The notes under the pieces were generated by a model that saw only the letters and a program-made list of their open reading frames with translations, did no database searches and was not told the DNA's origin. From contig JBODTK010000121.1 in the NCBI GenBank assembly GCA_050613775.1, positions 310,001-374,000 on the forward strand: a stretch of 64,000 nt of DNA. Direction: 5' to 3'. The translations under genes were made by a program, and so were the position numbers. Positions 33,275 to 46,233 of the stretch are shown here, one piece after another (the stretch's first letter is position 1; every line of letters begins with the position of its first letter). The stretch comes from Neocallimastix sp. 'constans'. Taxonomy: Eukaryota.

Positions 33275-34805
33275 CTTGAGTTTTAGAGGGGGCATCATGG
33301 TAAAGAATGAATTAATAACCTTTATTTTATTATTAATAATTCTTTACTAAATTGTACTTTCCTATATTCTTGATAACCTAAACTTAATAATAAAATTTAA
33401 TTTATTTTGATATAAATTAATTTTAACTTGTAAATAATGTAAATAAATTTTAATTATTTTATTGTTATATTATTAAATATATGTATATTAAAATACAATT
33501 GTAAATATTAAAATTATACTTTTAAGATACTAAACTATTAAAACTATTAATTAAATATTATTATAAAAATTATTATAAAATTATTAAAATTATTAATTAA
33601 ATATTATTCTAAAAATTATTATAAATTATTAATATTATAAAATTATTAAAATTATTAAATATTATTATAAAAATTTATTTATTATAACTATTAAATATTA
33701 TTATAAAATTATTAAGATTATTAATTAAATTTATTATTAAAAATTATTATTAAAAATTTTTACTTATTATAAAAATTATTATTTAAATATTATCAAATTT
33801 ATTAATTAAATATTATAAAAATTTTATTTTATTTTGAAAATAATTACAAGTATTATTTAAAATAATTAAAGATTATTAAATTTATTATATTAATCTTTAA
33901 AAACAATTTATTTAACTTAAAAATATCAAAGAAAATAGTAAAAACTATTTTCTATATATTTATTTTATAATTATTTTTAATTAAATTATATTTGAATATT
34001 ATATTATTATATTTATAAAAATTAAAACAAAAATGAATTATTGATATAAAATTAATTCAATAATTCTATAAAATTACTTAAATTATAAACAATTAATTAT
34101 ACTTTAAATTTATAAAAAAATATAAATATTGTAACAATTTCTTAAAAATTAAATATGTGTACTTTAAATAATAAAATTTTATATTAATAAAAAAAAATAA
34201 ATAACTTTTAATAAAGAATTATTTTTTTTTTTTTTTTTAAAATCAAAGCAGGGTAATACCCGTCCCCCCCTGCTTGATTTTAAATATCTAAGTGTCAACC
34301 CCGAGTCTACCATTTTTGATAAGAATGTACTAAATAATGCATTCTTAATTAAATCTACGATTTATTTCTAATACATTATGTGTACATTATTATTTTTGTA
34401 CTTTAATAAATTTTTAAATCCAAAGATCAAAAATTAAATCAAAAATTATATTAAACTTTATATTTTTATATTAAATCTTATATTAATAGTAATATTTTTA
34501 TATATTTAAAACTTATATTAGCAATATTAATAATAAATCTTATTTTTTTTTATATTAATAATGAAAATTTATATTAATAATATTTTTATATATTGATAAT
34601 TAAAAATTTATATATTATATTTTAACTTTTTATTATAAAATTTTATATCGAAATGTTTTATTTTATATTGAAAAATATTTTATTTTATTAAAAACCTTTA
34701 TATTAGAATAGTATTTTTATTTTTATTTGAATATTTTAACAGATTGTAATAAAAATTATAGCCAATTAAATAAATTCTTATTAGTAATATTTTAAATATT
34801 TTTAA

Positions 34806-34846
<41 letters not shown>

Positions 34847-36196
34847 TTTTATTAATATTATAAATGTATTTTATTTATATTGTTATAATTAAATTTTATA
34901 TAATTAATTATAAAAATCAATTTAAATTTAATAGTTTTTATAAAAAAAAAAAATAAATAAAATGTAATTTAGTGGCAAGAACAACTTTTATGCCTTGAAA
35001 AAAGTATAAATAGTTGTAAATTTTGCTACTAATTTTTAAATATCATCAAATAAAATCAAATAAATTTAATAAAATAAATAAATAAAATAAATAAATAAAT
35101 AAATAAATAAAATTTGTGTTTCTTTACTTTATTTTTATTTAATTCTCTAAAACCTTAACATTTATATGGTGGAGATATCGGGGAATTAAATAGAAATAAT
35201 AGTAAATAACATAGATTTTTTTTAATTTTTTTTTTATTTTATATTGATAAACAAGTAAGTCGTTAATCCTTTGATTAACCTATGGCGCTTGTTTGATATA
35301 TATATATAAAAAAAAAAAAAAAAAAAAAAATTTTTTTTAAATAAGTAAAATTAAGATTCTAAAAAAAAAAAAAAAAGATTGTAAATTATAACAAGGAGCG
35401 GATAGAGCTCATACACAGTGTATTTCCAGAAAACAACAAAATATCTATTATTCATAGTAGGTTATTGGATAATAGTTATTTTGGGAATTAATTGGAAAGT
35501 AGACGAAGGTATTTGGTTACCGACCCGGTAATAATAGTTCAGCCTTCAACGTTTCAACACACGAAGGTGCGGGTACTTTCCAAGCACTGGCGAATAAGGA
35601 GCTTACGTCACCGAAGGCGTAAGATTGTTTTTTTTTATATTTTTTTTATTTTTCTTTGTGCTAGTTATAAGGCACTTTATTATATAAAGTATCAGACTTT
35701 GGCTAACTTCGACATTTAAATTTTTTTTTTATTTTTTTTTATTACTGGTACTTTATTTGTTATATAATTCCTGTAATAGAATCTTAATTTACTTTGAAAA
35801 TATTGTGTTTTTAGTTAATTTTTATTAGTTAATAAAAATATTATTGAATACTTTTAAATTTTTTTTTATTCCGTACATAGATTATCGGATTAAGTTTATC
35901 CTACATAGTAATTGGGCTAGTAGGCTCTGAACTGCTATATTTTATATTGAATATAGTAATCGTGGCACACACGTGGCATGACACCATTAGGTAAGCTGCA
36001 CGTCAGACAGTGTGTACTATCAGATTGTACGACAATAAAGATTATTTTTTGTGTTTAATAATTATAATTAATAATTTTATTAGCTATAACAATACAATAT
36101 TTATCGTTTAAAAAGAAAAATTTTTGAAAGGTGAAAATAATAAATAAAACTTTGCTTCTAAATTTATTACTACAAATATACTAAATTACAAAATTC

Positions 36197-36466
36197 AAGT
36201 GGTCGATAAAGATTTCGAGCTTGAAAAATATTCTATTAAGTTGTCGATAAAGATTTCGAATTTAAAATTATTCTATTAAGTTGTCGATAAAGATTTCGAA
36301 CTTAAAATTATTCCATTGAGTTGTCGATAAAGATTTCGAACTTAAAAATTATTCTATTGAGTTGTCGATAAAGATTTCGAACTTAAAAATTATTCTTAAT
36401 AAAGTAGTCGAAAAGAACCTCGTGCTTTATAATTTCTACTAAGTTGTCGATAAGGATTTCGAGCTT
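36197..36466 (+). repeat. Seven tandem ~40-bp units (AAGTTGTCGATAAAGATTTCGAACTTAAAATTATTCTATT) in the E2 leader
   Basis: Units start near 36197, 36238, 36278, 36318, 36359, 36402 and 36441; each is an imperfect inverted repeat. Confidence 0.9.
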
Positions 36467-36641
36467 ATATCTACTAAAGAAAGCAAATAAAATTATTATT
36501 TTCAAAAGTTACTAAAATATATTGTTTTAAAAATTGATTCTATATTAAATTACCTATTAAATTATATTTTTAAAGTTGTATTTCCAAATTGATTCTTATT
36601 TAATCACCTCATTAATATACAACAAGAAATATTTAAACAAA

Positions 36642-37553
36642 ATGTCCAAGGAAACAACTTTGAGCTTTAAAGAATTGAAAAAAGAATTAAGAGATATTGT
36701 GAAACTTAGCAAGGACAATTTAGATATTAAGTCCTGGGCTACTGAATTAAAACTTTGGATCAAGATACAAGGTATTACAGATCCAGAAACAATATTTAAT
36801 GCTTGTTTACTTACCAGCTCTGGTGAAGTACAACGCGTTATTGAAGATTTGGGAGAAGATAGTGATGATGAAAGTGATGATTCATCAGATGAAGAAGAAG
36901 AAGATGATGAAGAAGAAAATGTTGATGATGATATTAAATTTCCTTCTCTTGGAAAAATTATTTCAAGTCTTGAAAATTTTTACGGTATTAAAGAAGATCA
37001 AAATTTACTTCTTAAAGAACTTCGTGCAATGCGAATTAAAAGAAACGAAAAGATTAAAGACTTTAATGTAAGATATAGAACTTTGTACACTAAACTTGAT
37101 AAAAAGAGAAGAAAGCGCATTGGTGTACTAGATTATATTGATTCTATTTAAAATAATTATGAAGCCTGGAAGAAATTATCCCTTAAAGATGATATAAGTA
37201 TGGAGAAAGCTTTCAAAATTGCCGAGAAAGTAGATAGACTTTCTGTAAGGAACAATAATATTAATACCTATAATGTTAATAATTCCCAACATAATCAAAA
37301 TAATCAAAACAGTACTACTTCAAGACTTTATCCTAAAAGAAGAAACGAAACTTTCCAAACAAGTCAAACAAATAATAAACTGAAACCTCAAGATATTATA
37401 GAAGAATCAACCCAGAAAATGAGAAATTTATCTGTTAAAACTTGCTTCTTCTGTAAGGAAGAAGGTCATTACTCATACTATTGCCCTCAATTAAATAAGA
37501 TTATGGAAAAAAATAAAAAAGAAATATATTCCAAAAAGTCTTTAAACTTCTAA
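36642..37553 (+). pseudogene. gag: E2 gag with premature TAA at 37149-37151
   Basis: MSKETTLSFKELKKEL... aligns with E1 gag; ATT TAA AAT corresponds to E1 ATT GAA AAC; CFFCKEEGHYSYYC knuckle lies downstream in the same frame. Confidence 0.88.
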
Positions 37554-40500
37554 ATGGGAGCAGAAGCACTCCCAATGACAAAACAATAGCTTCATTAAAT
37601 AATTTACAAAAGAATCTAATTATCAAGAATACTCCAATTGATAATAATTCCTTCAAAGAAGAATCTGATTTTAGTGACACAACTGAAAGTGAGGATGATA
37701 TCATTATAAATGCTATAAAAAGAAAAATGAATAATAATAACAGAGAAAAAGAAGAAAATAATTCCAAGAAAGTACATAAAAGTTTAAAAGATAATCCACG
37801 TCCTTTCGCAACTCCTGCTTTAAGAAAGAAGAAAGAAAATGAGCTACATAATAAACCAAATAAAGTTTATAAAAATCAAATACTTCCTTCAATTTTAACT
37901 CAACCAAATATTAACAAAGAAAAACAAAAAGAAAAGGAATTAAGAAATATAACAAGAGTAAGAGAAAGTAAAGAAGAAAACAACAATTATTCATCAAAAG
38001 GAAAGGAAAAAGTTGAATCTGAAGATATACTTGTAATCGATAATGAAATAGAAGATCTAGAAATGAATAAAGATAATCAACAAAATAAAACTAATACTTT
38101 GGAAAAATTAATTTCAACAAAAACTAAAGAAACTAATAATGAAAATACTCAGTTAGTAAAAAGGAATATCAAAATGATGAATAATAAAGAACCTTACAAT
38201 ATTATGGATGATTTAAATAATCTTAAATCCAGTATTACGATAGGTCAACTCTTGAATGCATGTCCGAAAATTCGTTCACAATTAACTCAAGGTTTAAAGT
38301 TAGAAAAATCTAAAATAATTGGAACTGTAGACAATGTAATAGCACGAACTTTATTAGTGAATAACTATGATCATAGCTACATAAGTAAAAGTAATGAAGT
38401 AGCCGAAGAAGACTTAGCAATGGTTGATGCAAGTGTTGACGGAGTACTAGGAAAACTTTTAATTGATTCTTGTAGTAACCTAAGCATCGTTACTAAGCAG
38501 TATTTTGATAAATTACCTGGTGAATATGAAACAGTTGGAAAAAGTCGTGGAAGAATCCAACTAGCAACACAAGATGAAGAATACTCGGAAGGAATTATTG
38601 TTCGATTACCAGTAAAAATTAATAATTATGAATTTAATGCGGACTTTAGAATTATTGAGAAAGAAGACTCATTTTATGATATGTTAATAAACTTTAAAAC
38701 TCAAATCGATCATTGTTTATTTATTCATCCGACCTTAAACAATTTATGTAAACTTTTGTCAGAAAGTGAATACGAAGAAATAGCTAAAATAAATAATCAA
38801 TATTATGATGAAGAAAGTATAATTTGCACTATTAGAAAAGTTAAAGAAACGAATAATGAAAAGGAAATTATAAAGGAATTAACTCCAAAGGAATTTATTG
38901 AGAGTGATTGTAAAATGTTCCTTATGGAGCAGATTACAATTACGAAAATAAAAAAAAAAAAACAACACTATCAATAACAATACTCAAATGAAATTTATTT
39001 TTTAAAAAAAATTCTTTTATTAATCACTTTATTATAAAAATTCTTTTTATTAGTTATTAACTGCAAAATAGTTAATAACAACTACATTTTCTTTAATAGA
39101 ATAATTTTACATGTATTTATATTTTTTCTTAATTATATTATAATATACTATTTCTATTTATTTAAATATATATTCAATATAAAATAAACAAAAACTAATC
39201 TAAAATTAAATAAAGTTATAAAAAACTAAAACTAATTCAATAAGCTTTTTATTCAATTTGTTTTGACTCAAATTGAATAAGTTCTTATTTATTATTTATT
39301 TATTATTCTTTTATTATTAATACTATTAATTATATATTACTATTTAATTTTTATGATTATTAAACTAAACTAAAATTAAACTAAACTAAAATTAAACTAA
39401 ACTAAAATTAAACTAAACTAAAATTATTAATATATTTTATTACTAAATTTTAGGTTATTTAAAAATTAATTTTATATTTTTAAATTTATATATTATATGA
39501 AATATAAATTTATTATTAATTTTCATAAATCAATTAATTTCATAAATTAATATATTTTACATAATTTAATGCATTAGCATTATTTTGTAAACGTGAATTA
39601 CATTAAATAATTTAATGTACAAAATAAATTAATTAATGTACTAAAGATATTGATCATATCTTTACAGTGATGAATTTTTAAGTACCTTAAATAAAGATTA
39701 TAAAGAACAAATTATTAAAATTCTCAAAGAAATGATTGACATAGTTGCCACTTCAACAGAAGAACTAACTCCTTCTAAACTTTCACCACATAAGATCCGT
39801 TTAAAAGCAAATTCAAAGCCAGTAAAATTAAGAAGTTATAGGTTAACTAAATTAAAATCAGATATCTTAAAAGAAGAACTTACAAAACTTATTAAGAAAG
39901 GATTGATAGAACCATCCTGTTCAGAATGGTCATCTCCAGTAGTACTTATTCTAAAACACAATGGAAAGTGGCGCTTGTGCATTGACTACCGAAAAGTCAA
40001 TGATATGACAGAAAAAGATTCTTATTCAGTTCCATATATAGATGAAATTTTTGATAGTCTCGGAGGAGCTAAAATATTTACAACTCTTGATTTATTTTTT
40101 GGTTTTCACCAAATCTTAATGGATGAAGAAAGCGTTGAAGTAACCACTTTCACTACTAAGTTTGGAAATTATCAATTTAAGGTTATGCCTTTTGGACTTA
40201 CTGGAGCTCCCTCAACCTTCCAAAGAGAAATGAATAAAATTTTATTCCCTTTTATTGGTGAATTTGTTTACGTATTTATTGATGATGTTTTGATCTATTC
40301 AAAAAGTATCGAAGAACATTTAATTCATATTAAACATGTATTAGAAGTATTTAAAGAAAACAAGTTAAAAATTAATATTGAAAAGTGCCATTTTCTTCAA
40401 ACTGAAGTTGATGTATTAGGTCACAAACTTACTACTAAAGGATTAAGTCCCATGGAAAGTAAAATAACAGCTATTAAGAAGAGGGAAGCCCCTTCATCAA

Positions 40501-42305
40501 TTCATGAATTAAGATCATTTCTAGGAGCAATAGGATATTATCGTGACTTTATTCCTAAATATGCTCAAATTACCTCACTTTTATGTAAATTATTGGAAAA
40601 TAATACTAAATATGAATGGAATAAAGAACAACAAGAAAGCTTTGAACTCCTAAAAGAAAAATTAATCAATGCACCTATTCTAAAATTTCCGTCATTTGAC
40701 AAACCTTTTATCATTAGAACTGATGCTTCGTATAATGGAATTGGTGGAGTTCTTTTACAAAAAGAAGAAGAAACCGGTAAGGAGCACCCAATACACTTTA
40801 TAAGTAGAAGTTTAAAGAAAGCTGAAAAGAATTATGGTATTACCGATTTGGAAGGAACCGCTTTGTTTTACTGTATGACTAAATTTAAATCTTATATTGA
40901 AGGAAATCCATTACCTACAACTATTTACACAGATCATAAACCATTAGTTGGTTTATTTAAGAATAAAGAACCTTTGAATGCAAGGCAAACAAGATGGTGT
41001 CTAACCGCTAGTATGCTTGGAATTAATATAAAATATGAATCAGGCAAAAAGAATGTGTTAGCTGATGCTCTTTCAAGAATGAAAAGTAAGGAAGAGAGAA
41101 AGATATTATTAACAAAAATTACTAATGGAAATAATGAAGAATTATTATCTAAGGTTATAAAGGAATTTATTAATGAAAAGTTTACTGTTATTGATGGTGA
41201 AGATTACTTTATCGACAATGGAAATTATAGAAAATTAATAACGGACGAAAATGAAAGGTTTAAATTAATTTTAGAAGCTCATAATATTGGCCACGAAGGA
41301 TATTACAAAACATATCAAAGACTTAAGAAAAACTTTTATTGGAATCATATGATTAAAGATATCAAAAGAATTGTTAGTAATTGTGAAAAATGCCAGTTAA
41401 ATCGTCCTCAACCATATCCAGAACCAACCGAAAACCATCCAACTAAAGTGGAGGGTCCCTTTGTGCATTTAGGATTAGATATTATAGGACCGTTACCAAA
41501 AACAAGAAATAATAATCAATATATTATAGTAACTGTTGATTACTTTACCAAATGGGTTGAAGCCGAACCCACTGAAAACATAACTTCCTCTGATATAATT
41601 AAATTTTTAATAAACGTTTTTGCAAGACATGGTGTACCTCAAGTTATTACTACTGATAATGGAGTCCAATTCACTTCTGATATGACTAAAATCTTTCTTG
41701 ATCTTTATGATGTATATGTTAAATTTGTAGCTACTTACCACCCTGAATCAAATGGCCTTACTGAAAATCGAAATAAAGAAATTGGAAAATTACTCCGTTT
41801 ATTAGGAAGGAAAAATCAAGATTGGGATGAAGTTTTACCTTCTGCTTTATGGGCACTTCGAACTACCAAAAATACAGCTACTGGACATTCTAGTTTTGAA
41901 TTAGTATATGGAAGAGAAGACCAACAGCCTTATGATATAGCCATAAGAACAATTGAAAATGCAGGTAAATCATATGATGAAATTTTAATGGAAAAATTTG
42001 TTCGTCATTATCAATGGACTAGAGAAGCATGCGAAAATGTGAAGAATGCTAACAAGTATTGGGCAACAAGACGAGAAGAACAAATAAGTATGAAAAAAGG
42101 AAAAGAATTAAAGGCTGGTGATCTTGTTCTTGTTAGAAACTTTAGCCGCACTAAGCTAGAACCATATTACAATGGACCATTTAAAATTTTAAAAATTCAA
42201 TTCAACACGGCAACCCTAATCGATCAGAAGACTGGAAAGCAACTCGATAGGAATGTTCACTTTAAAAATTTAGTAAAGTTTAACTCCGCTTACAGAGAAG
42301 CTTGA
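37541..42305 (+). pseudogene. pol: E2 pol, split by a nested solo LTR
   Basis: -1 frame open from the TTTAAAC slippery site; LLIDSCS protease. Removing 38909-39666 and one GTGAT restores EFIESD-EFLSTLNKDYKEQIIKILKEMID, colinear with E1. Confidence 0.9.
38909..39666. mobile_element. Nested 758-bp solo LTR with 5-bp target site duplication GTGAT
   Basis: TGTAAA...TTTACA termini; GTGAT at 38904-38908 and 39667-39671. Confidence 0.9.
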
Positions 42306-42812
42306 GTCTTCGTCGGGGCATCTTGATAAGAATGTACTAAATAATGCATTCTTAATTAAATCTATGATTTATTTCTAATACATTATGTGTACATTATTAT
42401 TTTTGTACTTTAATAAATTTTTAAATCCAAAGATCAAAAATTAAATCAAAAATTATATTAAACTTTATATTTTTATATTAAATCTTATATTAATAGTAAT
42501 ATTTTTATATATTTAAAACTTATATTAGCAATATTAATAATAAATCTTATTTTTTTTTATATTAATAATGAAAATTTATATTAATAATATTTTTATATAT
42601 TGATAATTAAAAATTTATATATTATATTTTAACTTTTTATTATAAAATTTTATATCGAAATGTTTTATTTTATATTGAAAAATATTTTATTTTATTAAAA
42701 ACCTTTATATTAGAATAGTATTTTTATTTTTATTTGAATATTTTAACAGATTGTAATAAAAATTATAGCCAATTAAATAAATTCTTATTAGTAATATTTT
42801 AGATATTTTTAA

Positions 42813-42853
<41 letters not shown>

Positions 42854-43170
42854 TTTTATTAATATTATAAATGTATTTTATTTATATTGTTATAATTAAA
42901 TTTTATATAATTAATTATAAAAATCAATTTAAATTTAATAGTTTTTATAAAAAAAAAAAATAAATAAAATGTAATTTAGTGGCAAGAACAACTTTTATGC
43001 CTTGAAAAAAGTATAAATAGTTGTAAATTTTGCTACTAATTTTTAAATATCATCAAATAAAATCAAATAAATTTAATAAAATAAATAAATAAAATAAATA
43101 AATAAATAAATAAATAAAATTTGTGTTTCTTTACTTTATTTTTATTTAATTCTCTAAAACCTTAACATTT

Positions 43171-46100
43171 TGATACGAGATATTTAATAAGAATGTAAAG
43201 TGATATAATTATTATTTTAAATTGTTAAAGTTTTGTGATAATTTGGTCTTAACGATTAGGTCAAGATGCCAAATTATAGTAATTAATTAATAATTAAATT
43301 TTATTCTTATTTAAAACATATTGTTATTAGTAAATTTTATAATTAAGTTTTTATCTAAAATATAAATTTTATTTAATCTTAATAATATTTTATTACATTA
43401 TTTTATATAATTATTACTATAATTTAAATTACAATAATCCTACAAAGAATTAATCAAAAGATTTAAACATGTATTTATATAAAATAATTAATTTTTAAAA
43501 TATTAATTATTAATATGAATATGTAAATAATATTAATATAAGTTTGATATTGATAATATAAAATAAGATAATAATATAAATATTTAATATAAATAAAATA
43601 TAAGAATCTAATATAGCTAAATATTATATTTTATAATTAAAATATAATATGTAGAAATTAATTTAATGACAATCACGTGTATACATTATTTAATATATAT
43701 TAATTTCAATATGTTAATAATATTTAGTAATTAGTTGGCCTAGACTAATTCCTAAATATTTTAATAAAGTTAATTTAATAATAATTATTATATTATTATT
43801 ATTTATTAATATTGAAATTCAAATAACTGAATTATCGAAATTGAAATTGAATTGAAATTCAGTTATTATCTTAACATAAATATTATTGTAAATAATTTTA
43901 TTATTAATATTTTCTAAATAAGTTAAAATTAATATTTAATAAGATATAATATTATAAAATTATTTTATTATTTTATTATTAATATAAGTTTATTATAAAA
44001 ATATATATAATATAATTAATTATGTAAAAGTACAAATTTTAAATAATAATAATATAGAGAATAATAAGATAAAAATTAGGAAGTTTTAATTATAAAAAAA
44101 AATGTTGTGTTTTTATTTTTATTGAAATGTATTAATTGAGAATGAATAATAGTGAATAATTATTTTAATAAATAAATATAATAAAGTGAATAATTTTAAT
44201 AAATAAACATAATAAAATGAACATTATATTCTAAAATAATAATTTGAGTGTATTATATAAATATATAATAATTATTATACTATTTCATAAATACGATATT
44301 TCTTGATTAATTCCCTCTTGCTTTTCCCATATTTTATGATACTTTTTAAATTAATTGTATCAACCATTTTTGGTGGAGAATCCGGGCGTGACAATAGCAA
44401 AATAATATGAAAATAATATTAATAAAATAATACATCTATATAATAAATATATAATAAATATTATTTAGTATATATATAAAAAGAATTTAATTAGTTTAAA
44501 TTAGTTACTAATATTTATAATAGTAATAGTTATAATAATATTAAATTGAATTAGAAAATTGTAATAAAAAAAATATATAAGTATAAATAAAATTTTAAAG
44601 ATGAATGTTTTTAAGATATTAAGTACGTTACCATTATTAGAAAATTATAATAATGATATCAATGAATGGATAGAAGAATTAACAGAGTCATTTGAATTAT
44701 GGGATATAAAAGAACAAGAAAGAAGATTTATTTTATGTAAAGAATGTGTAAATAAAGAAATTAGGTATGTTCTTGATGAATTAAAGGAAGAAAAAAATCA
44801 GGTTCCTAGCTTAAAAGAAATAAAAATAGCCTTAGAAGAATATCTAGAGATAACACCAAGCGTAAAATATTGGAACTTAATTAATTTGAAAATTAATTCA
44901 AATGAATCAATTAGTAATTTTAATTATAAATACTTAAGAAAATATAATGATATTGATAATAAAATAAAGAAATTAATTACTGTTAATAATTATGTTAATT
45001 CAATAAAGTCTAGAATATATCCTTGTTTAAGAATATTAGAAGAAGAAATCGAAGATATAAACGAAGCTCTCAAATATGCAGAAAAAGTTGAAAGAATTGA
45101 AAAGAAATTAAATTTAAATTTATATAATATTTATAAGAATAATAAACAAAAATGGAATAATAATAATTTCAAAATGAATAAATTAAATAGTAATATAAAC
45201 AATAAGAATAATAAAATTATGTGCTTTAGATGTTATGAGTTAGGTCATAAAGCTGTTAATTGTAGACACACATTTAAAGAATTAGCGGAATTAGAAAGAA
45301 CTGGAATTTTGGAAATAAATAAAAGAAGAAATTTTATACCTGGAAACCATAATAATTATAATTATAAATTTAATTCATATGATAGAAATAAAAGCTATAA
45401 TAATTATTATCGTAGAAATTATAATTTAAATAGTAATATTGCTGAAAATCATCATAATATGATTAGTTTTAGTAAAAAGCATAATGGAAATAAAGAAATT
45501 TATAGAAATAATTATAATTTAAATAATAATTTTGGTAATAATAATTCTAATAATTTAAATAATTATCTAAATAAAAGTAATTATGATTTAAATAAAAATT
45601 TTAGTACCAATAACAATAACAGTAGTTTAAATGAGAATATGAATACAAAAAAAAATAGAATATACAATAATCATGGTATAAATTATAATATGCAAAGAAA
45701 TAAAGATGTAAATATTGGAAATGAAATTAATTTCAACAATAATTTAAATAACAATTGTGTAGAAAATACGTTTAATTCAAATATAGATAATACTCAAGAT
45801 AATATAATTGGAAATAATATAAATAAAAACAATAATGAATATAATAGAAATATAAATTCAGTAGGAAATAATAGTGGTTTTAATAATAACAATACTAATA
45901 ACAATGATAATTATACAAATAACGAAAATAAAAATGTTATTAATATTAACGAAATGAATTATAATAAAAACAAAAATAATAATAACAATAATAATAATAA
46001 CAATAATAATAATAATAATAAAAATAATAAAAATAATAGAAATAAAAAAAAAAAAAAATAAATAAATAATTTAATTATGATGAAGTATTAATAAATAAAT

Positions 46101-46197
46101 AATTATATATATATAACAATAATTTAAATTAAATTAATTCGAAATTTCAAGATTTCGAATTTCAAAAATTAAAATAATCATTAATTCAAAAATTTAA

Positions 46198-46233
<36 letters not shown>

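Larger units (their letters stand above)
25546..34312 (+). mobile_element. Ty3/gypsy LTR retrotransposon E1 (full length)
   Basis: LTRs 25546-26563 and 33298-34312 (TGGTA...TACCA), PBS at 26568, PPT AGAGGGGGCATCA before 3' LTR, gag plus PR-RT-RH-IN pol. Confidence 0.97.
34317..43167 (+). mobile_element. Ty3/gypsy LTR retrotransposon E2 (relative of E1 with unrelated LTR), disrupted
   Basis: 844-bp LTRs 34317-35160 and 42324-43167 (TGATAAG...CTTAACA), nearly identical; PBS 35167; gag and pol clearly homologous to E1. Confidence 0.97.

Noticed and set aside
35395..35623. HDV-like ribozyme suggested by stem followed by GGCGAAT
   Set aside because: I could not build P1, P1.1 (GG) and P3/L3 in the required order in either E1 or E2; retained only as an unknown structured module.
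36197..36466. Possible CRISPR array
   Set aside because: Linkers are short and near-identical rather than unique spacers, the context is a eukaryotic retrotransposon leader, and there are no cas genes.
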